This document shows positions 49,994-59,222 of a stretch of 64,000 nt of DNA, in pieces; the first letter of the stretch is position 1, and every line of letters begins with the position of its first letter. The notes beneath the pieces were generated by a model. That model searched no databases. It was not told where the DNA came from and saw nothing but the letters and a program-made list of their open reading frames with translations. The translations under genes were made by a program, and so were the position numbers. This DNA is from an uncultured Mageeibacillus sp. Lineage in GTDB: Bacteria; Bacillota; Clostridia; Saccharofermentanales; DTU023. The stretch spans positions 735 through 64,734 of the forward strand of contig CAYFTG010000002.1 in assembly GCA_964346175.1 (NCBI GenBank), written 5' to 3'.

Positions 49994-51075
49994 GAATACG
50001 CTCCGGCCAGGGCCATCCCTGTTCTTATTTTCTCACTTCCGGGGCCAGCCCTCAGCTGGCGCAGTTGACTAAGGCATTCCTTCTTGAGAGCTTCACTTCC
50101 CTCGTTGGAGAAACCCAAATGCTGAGCTGCAGCAATACCTGCCAGCTCACCTTCGACCATAGCAGAACTGGCCTCTTCAATACCGGCGACGTCACCTGCA
50201 ATATATAATCCTTTTCGCGAAGTCATCATGTCGGCGTTTCTTAGCGGAACGTAGCCACCCAAAACTCCGATATATTTCATATCGACAGCCGCCTGCCAGA
50301 GTAGGTCCGTCAGTGGCGACAGACCGACTGCCACACAGACAACGTCAACATCCAACTGCCGTTCGCTACCTGCTATCTTCTGCCACTCATCATCAAGCGC
50401 ATGGATGATGACGTGTTCAACTTTTTCGTCGCCAAAAGCACACTCTACTGTATGACGAGTCAAGATCGGCACGCCTGCACGGCGAATTTTACTGGCATGC
50501 ACCAGGTAACCGCCTATGTGTTCCGCAGCATCCAAGACCGCTGCTACTTCCACACCGGCCTGCAGCAACTGATAGGAGACAATCAGACCGATATTCCCTG
50601 CACCAATCATCAGAACTCTTTTACCTGGACGCACTCCATACTCATTCATCAGAGTCTGAACAGCACCTGCCCCGTAGACACCTGGTAGATCGTTACCCAT
50701 AAAAGGAAGCGTCTTTTCCGATGCACCGGTAGCAATAATACAGGCCTCCGGGCAATACTTCACAAACTTGCCCTGTACCTCAGCAGTGATGACACCATCT
50801 TCATAGAATCCTAAGACGGTCGCATCTGTTTGAATTTCTACACACCCGGGAAGCCCCTCGAGTCGAGAGGTCAAAATATCACTTATCTCAATACCTCTAG
50901 TGGATGCAAACTGCTGCTCTGAACCAAAGAATTTATGCGTCTGCTTGACGAGCTGTCCGCCAGTCTTCTGTGCGCGCTCCAAAATCAGCACATCAACACC
51001 AAGCTCCGCAGCTCGGTAGGCGGCGCATAGTCCGGCCGGGCCTGCCCCGATAATTAAGAGTGGCACTGAAATCAT
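49990..51075 (-). CDS. pyridine nucleotide-disulfide-type NAD(P)/FAD oxidoreductase subunit (HcnB/OoxA/PDH-alpha-like)
   Basis: 361 aa. Two dinucleotide folds: LLIIGAGPAGLCAA and VLMIGAGNIGLIVS. Also contains a GD(V/I)AG motif. Confidence 0.78.
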   Translation of the reverse strand: MISVPLLIIGAGPAGLCAAYRAAELGVDVLILERAQKTGGQLVKQTHKFFGSEQQFASTRGIEISDILTSRLEGLPGCVEIQTDATVLGFYEDGVITAEVQGKFVKYCPEACIIATGASEKTLPFMGNDLPGVYGAGAVQTLMNEYGVRPGKRVLMIGAGNIGLIVSYQLLQAGVEVAAVLDAAEHIGGYLVHASKIRRAGVPILTRHTVECAFGDEKVEHVIIHALDDEWQKIAGSERQLDVDVVCVAVGLSPLTDLLWQAAVDMKYIGVLGGYVPLRNADMMTSRKGLYIAGDVAGIEEASSAMVEGELAGIAAAQHLGFSNEGSEALKKECLSQLRQLRAGPGSEKIRTGMALAGAYS

Positions 51076-51425
51076 GGTAGCACCCCCCTATTATTTTGTG
51101 AGCACACAACCATGCCTGCTTCCAAAGGTTCAACACAGACCCGTACATTAGGCACACCGTTCACAATCATCAGACACGAGGAACAGTTACCGATTGCGCA
51201 ATAAAAGCCACGCGGCCGCTCGTTCTTGAAATGGTGACCTAAAACACGGACTCCGGCCGCATGTAGTGCCGAGGCAATCGTATCTCCGGATTTCCCTATG
51301 AGCTCCTGACCGTCGAAGGTAAAAGGTATGTCTTCACCTTTTGCAAACTCCAGTATAGGATGCTCCAATATTCTATTACTATCCACAGAATCCCTCCAGA
51401 AAGCAGTGATATCAGAATTAATCAA
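51072..51425 (-). CDS. small (2Fe-2S)-binding subunit (HcnA/OoxA N-terminal-like)
   Basis: 117 aa. [20 protein letters not shown]...FCAIGNCSSCLMIVNG...CV pattern. The four genes overlap one another by 4-17 nt. Confidence 0.7.
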   Translation of the reverse strand: MINSDITAFWRDSVDSNRILEHPILEFAKGEDIPFTFDGQELIGKSGDTIASALHAAGVRVLGHHFKNERPRGFYCAIGNCSSCLMIVNGVPNVRVCVEPLEAGMVVCSQNNRGVLP

Positions 51426-51684
51426 GTAGATTGTATCATAGCAAAGGAGTGAATAAGTAAAAGGCCAAGCAAGTCATCTTAACAATAATTTGCCCATTCC
51501 TTGTCTTCTTGCATAGATTAGCAGCAGCACATTCAGACAATCTCATAATATTGACAATGATTTTTTGCTTTTTAATATTTTATACAATATACTAATAACG
51601 TAAATTATGAGCCTGAATATTGAAGTAGAGACAGCTCGGAAAGCTGTTTATTAAGCCCGTAACACACATTATCATCAATAATTA

Positions 51685-51722
51685 CCCTGTCTTGCCCTAG
51701 CAAGAGGGGAGTTTTTATTTTT
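51685..51722 (+). terminator. terminator-like hairpin A inside the hppA leader
   Basis: CCCTGTCTTGC-CCTA-GCAAGAGGGG is followed by AGTTTTTATTTTT. There is no plus-strand gene upstream that it could terminate. Confidence 0.5.
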
Positions 51723-51780
51723 AACTTTTTTGGATAAGTAGTCCTTCTAGGGAGACGTGTTACTTATAATTTATGGATTA

Positions 51781-51829
51781 AACAATACGTTTGATCGAGG
51801 GGATTGACCAGCATAACGTATTGTTTTTT
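51781..51829 (+). terminator. terminator-like hairpin B inside the hppA leader
   Basis: Perfect 11-bp stem AACAATACGTT / AACGTATTGTT with a 23-nt loop, running into a T6 tract, 34 nt before the hppA ATG. Confidence 0.5.
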
Positions 51830-51862
51830 GATAGAACGATAAATATTCATTATGTGGAGGCT

Positions 51863-53863
51863 ATGAAGTTGAACTACGAGATTTTTTCCAGAGTTGTCTT
51901 ACCAATCAGTGCACTAGTTACACTACTTGCAGCGTATCTTATTCATCGCGTCGTCAAAGGCAAAGATGGCGGCACCGGAAGAATGGAGGAAATTGCTTCC
52001 TTCATTCGTGAAGGAGCAATGGTTTTTCTTTCCCGCGAATATAGATTTATAACATTATTTATCGCAGCAATGTTCATTCTGTTGCTGGCCTTGTTAGGCT
52101 GGCCCACCGCTATCGCTTTCGTTATCGGTGGTATATTTTCAGTTTTAGCAGGATTTTTCGGCATGCGCACAGCTACTTTAGCTAACGTTCGCACCGCCGA
52201 AGCCGCTCGCAGCAAAGGTATGCTTGCTGCTTTAAGAATCGCCTTCAGTGGTGCTTCCATCATGGGTCTGTGCGTTGTCGGACTGGGTTTACTAGGTATC
52301 AGCGGCATTGTTCAGTTTGCTAGTGACAGCATAGTAGTTGAAGCACTCACAGGCTTCAGTCTAGGCGCTTCTTCTATGGCCTTATTCGGACGCGTCGGCG
52401 GTGGCATTTACACAAAAGCGGCTGACGTCGGAGCTGACTTGGTGGGTAAATTGGAAGCCGGAATCCCGGAAGATGACCCACGCAACCCGGCAGTTATCGC
52501 AGATAATGTCGGCGACAACGTTGGTGACGTTGCCGGTATGGGCAGTGACCTCTTTGAATCCTACGTCGGATCTATCGTGTCAGCAATCACCCTAGCTGTT
52601 ACCTTGCCGGTCAGCTTAGTCGGCAACAGAATCGCAGCTGTGTCCTATCCGCTCCTGTTGAGCGGTGCTGGAGCCCTCTTTTCTCTTTTAGGAATCATAT
52701 TCGTCAACAAACTTAAGTTGAAGAACCCTGCGAAAATCCTTAATGCAGGTACTTATATCAGCAGTTTATTAACTATTTTAGCTGCATTAGGACTTAGTTA
52801 CTGGCTCTTCGATACGCACCAGCACTTTATCGCTATTACCTCTGGCTTGATTGCTGGAGTTCTGATAGGCACAACAACAGAGTATTTCACATCAGCTGAT
52901 TACAGACCTGTAAAAAGCCTAGCTAAAGCATGTCGAACCGGATCCGCCACTACTATCATTGACGGATTTGCTATCGGCATGGGTTCATCTTTCTTTCCGA
53001 TTTTGTTAATCGCTGCTGCCACCTTTGCTTCCTTTAGAGCAGTTGGACTTTACGGGGTTGCCCTGGCCGCAGTCGGCATGCTTTCTACTGTCGGCATGAC
53101 GATTTCTGTCGATGCCTACGGCCCGATCGCCGACAACGCAGGCGGTATTGCACAGATGGCCGATCTGCCGCATGAAGTTAGAGATATTACAGACAAGTTG
53201 GATAGTGTCGGTAACACAACCGCAGCCATAGGAAAGGGCTTTGCCATCGGTTCAGCCGCTTTAACAGCTCTGGCTCTATTTGTCTCCTACGCTCAGGTGT
53301 CGCGTGTAGCAGTTATTGACCTATTGGATCCTTATGCCATCATCGGTCTCTTTATTGGCGGTGCCTTCCCCTTCCTCTTCTCCGCCTTGACGATGAACTC
53401 TGTCGGCAGAGCAGCTTTCCAGATGATTGAGGAAGTAAGACGCCAGTTTAAAAACGAACCCGGTATCATAGCCGGAACGGTATTGCCCGATTACAATCGC
53501 TGTATCGAAATCAGCACGAACTCCGCACTCCGCGAAATGATTCTGCCGGGACTGTTGGCCGTCCTAGGTCCGATTCTAGTTGGACTTCTCTTAGGACCGG
53601 CAGCCTTAGGTGGCATGTTGGCCGGAGCTCTGGTAACAGGTGTTGTTCTTGCCATTACCTTATCTAACTCGGGCGGAGCATGGGACAATGCTAAGAAACA
53701 TATCGAGGAAGGTCACTGTGGTGGTCCCGGAAGCGACGCACATAGAGCTGCTGTCGTCGGTGACACCGTAGGCGATCCTTTCAAAGATACGTCCGGACCT
53801 TCAATCAACATTTTGATTAAGTTGATGACAATTGTAGCAATGGTGTTTGCGCCATTCTTTTAA
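51863..53863 (+). CDS. hppA: membrane-integral ion-translocating pyrophosphatase (K+-dependent subfamily)
   Basis: About 666 aa with around 16 TM helices. Motifs [51 protein letters not shown] and [16 protein letters not shown]. The start is placed at ATG 51863 (GTGGAGG RBS) instead of TTG 51791. Confidence 0.93.
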   Translation: MKLNYEIFSRVVLPISALVTLLAAYLIHRVVKGKDGGTGRMEEIASFIREGAMVFLSREYRFITLFIAAMFILLLALLGWPTAIAFVIGGIFSVLAGFFGMRTATLANVRTAEAARSKGMLAALRIAFSGASIMGLCVVGLGLLGISGIVQFASDSIVVEALTGFSLGASSMALFGRVGGGIYTKAADVGADLVGKLEAGIPEDDPRNPAVIADNVGDNVGDVAGMGSDLFESYVGSIVSAITLAVTLPVSLVGNRIAAVSYPLLLSGAGALFSLLGIIFVNKLKLKNPAKILNAGTYISSLLTILAALGLSYWLFDTHQHFIAITSGLIAGVLIGTTTEYFTSADYRPVKSLAKACRTGSATTIIDGFAIGMGSSFFPILLIAAATFASFRAVGLYGVALAAVGMLSTVGMTISVDAYGPIADNAGGIAQMADLPHEVRDITDKLDSVGNTTAAIGKGFAIGSAALTALALFVSYAQVSRVAVIDLLDPYAIIGLFIGGAFPFLFSALTMNSVGRAAFQMIEEVRRQFKNEPGIIAGTVLPDYNRCIEISTNSALREMILPGLLAVLGPILVGLLLGPAALGGMLAGALVTGVVLAITLSNSGGAWDNAKKHIEEGHCGGPGSDAHRAAVVGDTVGDPFKDTSGPSINILIKLMTIVAMVFAPFF

Positions 53864-53893
53864 TAGAGTTATCCTAAAATAAAGAGGTGTGTT

Positions 53894-55393
53894 TTGGGAT
53901 TATTTACTGAAAAACTTAAAGAAATGGGTGCATCGGTTATACCGATCACCCTTTTCGTTGTCCTTTTACACTTTACATTAACCCCTGTTCCGATTGACGA
54001 TTTTTGGCGCTTTATCATAGGCGCCATTCTTATTATTGTCGGTTTAGGGATTTTCTTAGCAGGCGTGGATCTGGGTGCGACACCCATCGGAGAGCAAAGT
54101 GGAAGTGCTCTAGTCAAAACGAATAATATGCCGCTGCTACTATTCGGCGGTCTTATGTTGGGCTTCATTATCTCCTTTGCCGAACCCGACTTGCATGTTC
54201 TTTCTATTCAAGTAGAGCAATTTACAGCGAACGCCATTGGCAGGTGGCAGATGGTTTTAGTTGTTTCTCTGGGAGTCGGAGCAATGGTTATGGTTGGCTT
54301 CTGGCGCTTAGTAAAGCGCATACGCCTGCGAACGGTGCTCTGGATTGCGTATGGCGTGATCTTTTCCCTGGCCTTGTTTAACTCACCGGAATTTCACGCT
54401 TTCGCTTTCGATGCCTCAGGTTCTACAACCGGAGCCATAAGTACACCATTCTTACTTGCATCGGTTGCGGGCATCGCAGGTTTATATGAAGGCGAAGCCG
54501 AGGACGCCAGAGACAGATACGGCATGGTCGGTCTTGCTTCAGCAGGTGCAATTTTGGCGATGTTATTGCAAGGAGTCATCAACTCGCCCACGTCATATCA
54601 AGAAATTGGGGTGACGGAGAATGTTACTCCGGCGTTCTTCATGCAACCTTTTACTGAGACTGTTGGCAGCGTCCTTTTTGATTCTCTGTTCAGTATTGCT
54701 CCTTTGGCAATTGTTTTCATTATTTTTCAGTTTGCAGTCTTAAAGCTAAAACGCCGAAGCGCTTCCAGAATAATGCTCGGGCTTCTGTACTGCTACATCG
54801 GACTCAGCCTTTTCATGATCGGCGTCAGTGGCGGCTTTATGAGAGTGGGCCGCTTCATCGCTTCTCAATTAGTTCTGGAACATCATCCTCTGGTCACTAT
54901 TATGGCCGGGTTTTTCCTAGGCATGCTTACTGTAATAGCAGAACCTGCTGTCCACGTGCTTGCTGATTCAGTGGAAGACAGCACCGGCGGCACAGTTCCG
55001 AGAAAACTAACCTTACTATCATTTGCCATTGGTGTCGCTTTCTCTATCGCGCTAGCCATGATACGGGTTTACATTGACGGGCTGATGCTCTGGCATATTC
55101 TCCTGCCAGCTTACATTATCATCATGATCATGAGCTATTTTACACCGGATCTCTTCATCGGCATCGCCTTCGACGCCGGAGGTGTTGCGTCCGGCCCCAT
55201 GGCGGCTACCTTTATTCTCGCTTTTGCTCAAGGTGCTGCAGGATCTCACGCAAGTGCGAACGTCTTAATCGATGGTTTTGGCGTCGTTGCTTTGGTTGCC
55301 ATGACTCCCCTCATAACAATTCAAGCCATGGGCTTGATCTATAAACATAGACACAAAAAGACGCAGACTGCTTCCAGAGAAGAACCCGATTAG
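53894..55393 (+). CDS. DUF1538-family integral membrane protein, internally duplicated (two DUF1538 halves in one chain)
   Basis: 499 aa with about 12 TM helices. The two halves align: FAEPDLHVLSIQVE with IAEPAVHVLADSVE, and AFDASGSTTGAISTPFLLA with AFDAGGVASGPMAATFILA. TTG start with an AAGAGG RBS, 30 nt after the hppA stop. Confidence 0.75.
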   Translation: MGLFTEKLKEMGASVIPITLFVVLLHFTLTPVPIDDFWRFIIGAILIIVGLGIFLAGVDLGATPIGEQSGSALVKTNNMPLLLFGGLMLGFIISFAEPDLHVLSIQVEQFTANAIGRWQMVLVVSLGVGAMVMVGFWRLVKRIRLRTVLWIAYGVIFSLALFNSPEFHAFAFDASGSTTGAISTPFLLASVAGIAGLYEGEAEDARDRYGMVGLASAGAILAMLLQGVINSPTSYQEIGVTENVTPAFFMQPFTETVGSVLFDSLFSIAPLAIVFIIFQFAVLKLKRRSASRIMLGLLYCYIGLSLFMIGVSGGFMRVGRFIASQLVLEHHPLVTIMAGFFLGMLTVIAEPAVHVLADSVEDSTGGTVPRKLTLLSFAIGVAFSIALAMIRVYIDGLMLWHILLPAYIIIMIMSYFTPDLFIGIAFDAGGVASGPMAATFILAFAQGAAGSHASANVLIDGFGVVALVAMTPLITIQAMGLIYKHRHKKTQTASREEPD

Positions 55394-55425
55394 TCCACCC
55401 ATTTACTAATGTTTCGGAGGAACCT

Positions 55426-56451
55426 ATGACTAAGCACTCCACTTTAGACTTAAACAATAGAGCTATGCTGCTCCTAATCGTTCCCCACGGTAGAGCTGAA
55501 GACATTGCCCACTTTGCGCTGGCTGAAGGGGCTTCCGGCGTCACTGCCTTCCCCGGACACGGAACAGTACCAAAACGATTTTTGCGCACATTGGGACTCG
55601 ACGAAATTCGTCGCGAGCTAGTGCTTATAATCCTCCCGGAAATGGAAGCCGCCTCCGAGCTTTTGGAAAAAATTGAGCTAGCAGGACATTTGGAGAAAAA
55701 TATTTTCAGCATCGCTTTAATTCAGCCTCTCTTGGATCTGAACGAGAGCGTTCAGCCGGACCCTGAAGAAATAACAAGCTCTTCAAAAGCTGATTACCGA
55801 TCCTTGATTGTAATAGTAGATAGAGGAGAAGGTAAAGGCGTCGTCGATATCGCACGACAGAACGGAGCTGTCGAAGCCACGATCTTAGATGCTATGGGAA
55901 GCGCCGATCACAGTGCGCATGTTTTTGATTTTGAGATTAATCCGCGCAAGGACTTGGTCTTACTGGTCACAACTAAAGAAAAGGCCGCAGTCATCCAGAA
56001 AGTCCTCCTAAACACTCTGCGCAGCAGCAGCCCGGGCAGAGGAATAAGCTTCTTACTAAACGTGACGGAAACACTGGGCATCACGGGTCTAGGCAGTGAC
56101 AAAAATTTCTTGGCGGGCAGCTGGGCCGCACCCACTCCCAGTCCCCATACTGCTCTTTTCATCTTGGTAAACCGCCCCAAGACCAAAAAGCTCATCCGAG
56201 CTTGTGAGGCCGCAGGCAGTTCCGGAGCCACTATCATTCACGGTCGTGGAATCAAAAAAGCTAAACTCGGGGGTATCTTCTTCAAGGAAAGTTTTGATGT
56301 TGAACGTAATTTAGTCTTGATGTTAATAAAGGAAGAACAAGAACAGACCATCCTGCGAGCCTTGCGCGACTTGAATGAGATGGATACCGAATGCGCACTC
56401 TCAGTGACAGCAACAGACGCCATTAATTTTCAGAAATTTTCAGAAACTTAA
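55426..56451 (+). CDS. protein with three tandem PII-like (GlnB-fold) domains
   Basis: 341 aa containing three repeats of about 95-110 aa. Each has the pattern hydrophobic beta1 (LLLIVPHG / SLIVIVDRG / ALFILVNRP), then a helix, then GA.G.T beta2 (ASGVTAFPGHG / AVEATILDAMG / SSGATIIHGRG), then a variable loop, then a second beta-alpha-beta (RELVLIILPE / KDLVLLVTTK / RNLVLMLIKE). GGAGG RBS. Confidence 0.7.
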   Translation: MTKHSTLDLNNRAMLLLIVPHGRAEDIAHFALAEGASGVTAFPGHGTVPKRFLRTLGLDEIRRELVLIILPEMEAASELLEKIELAGHLEKNIFSIALIQPLLDLNESVQPDPEEITSSSKADYRSLIVIVDRGEGKGVVDIARQNGAVEATILDAMGSADHSAHVFDFEINPRKDLVLLVTTKEKAAVIQKVLLNTLRSSSPGRGISFLLNVTETLGITGLGSDKNFLAGSWAAPTPSPHTALFILVNRPKTKKLIRACEAAGSSGATIIHGRGIKKAKLGGIFFKESFDVERNLVLMLIKEEQEQTILRALRDLNEMDTECALSVTATDAINFQKFSET

Positions 56452-56484
56452 GTTCATTTTCGTGCCAGGCACGATTCTTAACTT
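56449..56484. repeat. 36-nt palindromic intergenic repeat, copy 2
   Basis: TAAGTTCATTTTCGTGCCAGGCACGATTCTTAACTT. It fills the whole gap between two convergent stop codons: TAA of the PII-like gene at 56449-56451 and TAA of atpC at 56483-56485. Confidence 0.8.
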
Positions 56485-56938
56485 AGTCCTCTTCGTCGAA
56501 GTAGCCTTCTTCTTCCATCTGCAAATTAACTTCTAACCGTACCAGAGATCGACGCAAGAGCATCTGCAGTCTGCCGAGTTGAGCATCATCCATCTTCTCG
56601 CTCAGAGCTTCTTCAGCTTCTCGGAGATCTCTTTCAGCACGTTCGCGATCAATCTCTTCAGGCATCTGAGCAATCGTGGTGAAAATATTGACTGAATCCT
56701 GATCGATCTCAGCCATGCCACCGAAGACAGCGAGCTTCTTCTCCGAGCCGTTGTTGATTACCCGGAGGATACCGTCTCCTAAGGTCACAGACAACGGTTC
56801 GTGGCCCGGCATGACGCCCATATTGCCGTCACTGGCTACCATGACGAGCATATCCGCATCCTCGACAAATTTAACTCCCCTAGGAGTAGTAATCGTCATG
56901 GTCAGCTTTTTGCCTTTTTTCTTTGTCTTCTCAGCCAT
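56483..56938 (-). CDS. atpC: F1 ATP synthase subunit epsilon
   Basis: 151 aa. Last gene of the atp operon, with a beta-sandwich plus a helical C-terminus and an acidic tail. Confidence 0.9.
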   Translation of the reverse strand: MAEKTKKKGKKLTMTITTPRGVKFVEDADMLVMVASDGNMGVMPGHEPLSVTLGDGILRVINNGSEKKLAVFGGMAEIDQDSVNIFTTIAQMPEEIDRERAERDLREAEEALSEKMDDAQLGRLQMLLRRSLVRLEVNLQMEEEGYFDEED

Positions 56939-56946
56939 ATTAAACC

Positions 56947-58338
<1,392 letters not shown>

Positions 58339-59214
58339 TTATTTTTCCTTTGTCATAATTGTTCTGCTGCCTACTATTTCATTCAGCTCTTGAGTAATCT
58401 CGGCCTGACGTTGACGGTTGTAACTGTGAGTCAAGTCTTCCATGATCTCATCAGCGTTCTTGCCCGCAGCATCCATACTGACCATGCGTGCGGCTTGTTC
58501 GCTGGTATGAGCTTCCGAGAAGGCTCTAAAGATATACATATGCAGGTACAGCGGTATCAACTCTTCAATATATGTCTTAAGATCCGGTTCGTAGATCTTC
58601 TCATCAAGATAATTATCGTAATAAAAATCATCATTGTCTTCCGCACCGTTGCTGATTGGAAGTACCTTTTTTATTACCGGTTCATAAGAGAGCACATTCT
58701 TAAAAACCGTATACCCCACACAAATTTCATCAACTTCGCCAGCCAAATACAAGTCTGTAGCCCATTCGGCCAAACTCTGAGAAGCATAATAAATCTGGGC
58801 ATCAGCAACGTCGACAACGGCTCTTATGATATTTTTCCCGTTTCGCTTAAAAAACTCGTTACCAATAGAGCCGACAATCAAGAGCTTCTCGTTCTCGACA
58901 TCCTTTAAATGCTCCAAGACAAATTTATTAATATTTGAGTTGTAGCCACCCGACAATCCCCTGTCACTGGTGAAAATCATGTAAAGTGAATTGCGAACTT
59001 CTCGTTTTTTGAAAACCTCAATCGATCTGGACTCTTCTCTACTGGCCAAATCATCGATAATTCTCTGCAGGCCCTCCTGCATCGGAACCAATCCTTCCAG
59101 CTGAGCTCTCGCCTTCTGCAGCTTGGTTGATGACACCATGTACATGGCGCGGATCAACTGCTCGACGGAAGAAACATTCGCAATTCTTTCTTTTATGTTC
59201 CTAAGTGAACTCAC
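58339..59214 (-). CDS. atpG: F1 ATP synthase subunit gamma
   Basis: 291 aa. IKERI...TKLQKA N-terminus and ITQELNEIVG C-terminus. Confidence 0.95.
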   Translation of the reverse strand: MSSLRNIKERIANVSSVEQLIRAMYMVSSTKLQKARAQLEGLVPMQEGLQRIIDDLASREESRSIEVFKKREVRNSLYMIFTSDRGLSGGYNSNINKFVLEHLKDVENEKLLIVGSIGNEFFKRNGKNIIRAVVDVADAQIYYASQSLAEWATDLYLAGEVDEICVGYTVFKNVLSYEPVIKKVLPISNGAEDNDDFYYDNYLDEKIYEPDLKTYIEELIPLYLHMYIFRAFSEAHTSEQAARMVSMDAAGKNADEIMEDLTHSYNRQRQAEITQELNEIVGSRTIMTKEK

Positions 59215-59222
59215 ACTAACTC

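Noticed and set aside
51791-51862. TTG-initiated N-terminal extension of hppA given in the ORF track (MIEGIDQHNVLFFDRTINIHYVEA).
   Set aside because: The extension runs through the stem of hairpin B and its T-tract and has no RBS. ATG 51863 has a GTGGAGG RBS, and the protein from there starts like other membrane PPases.
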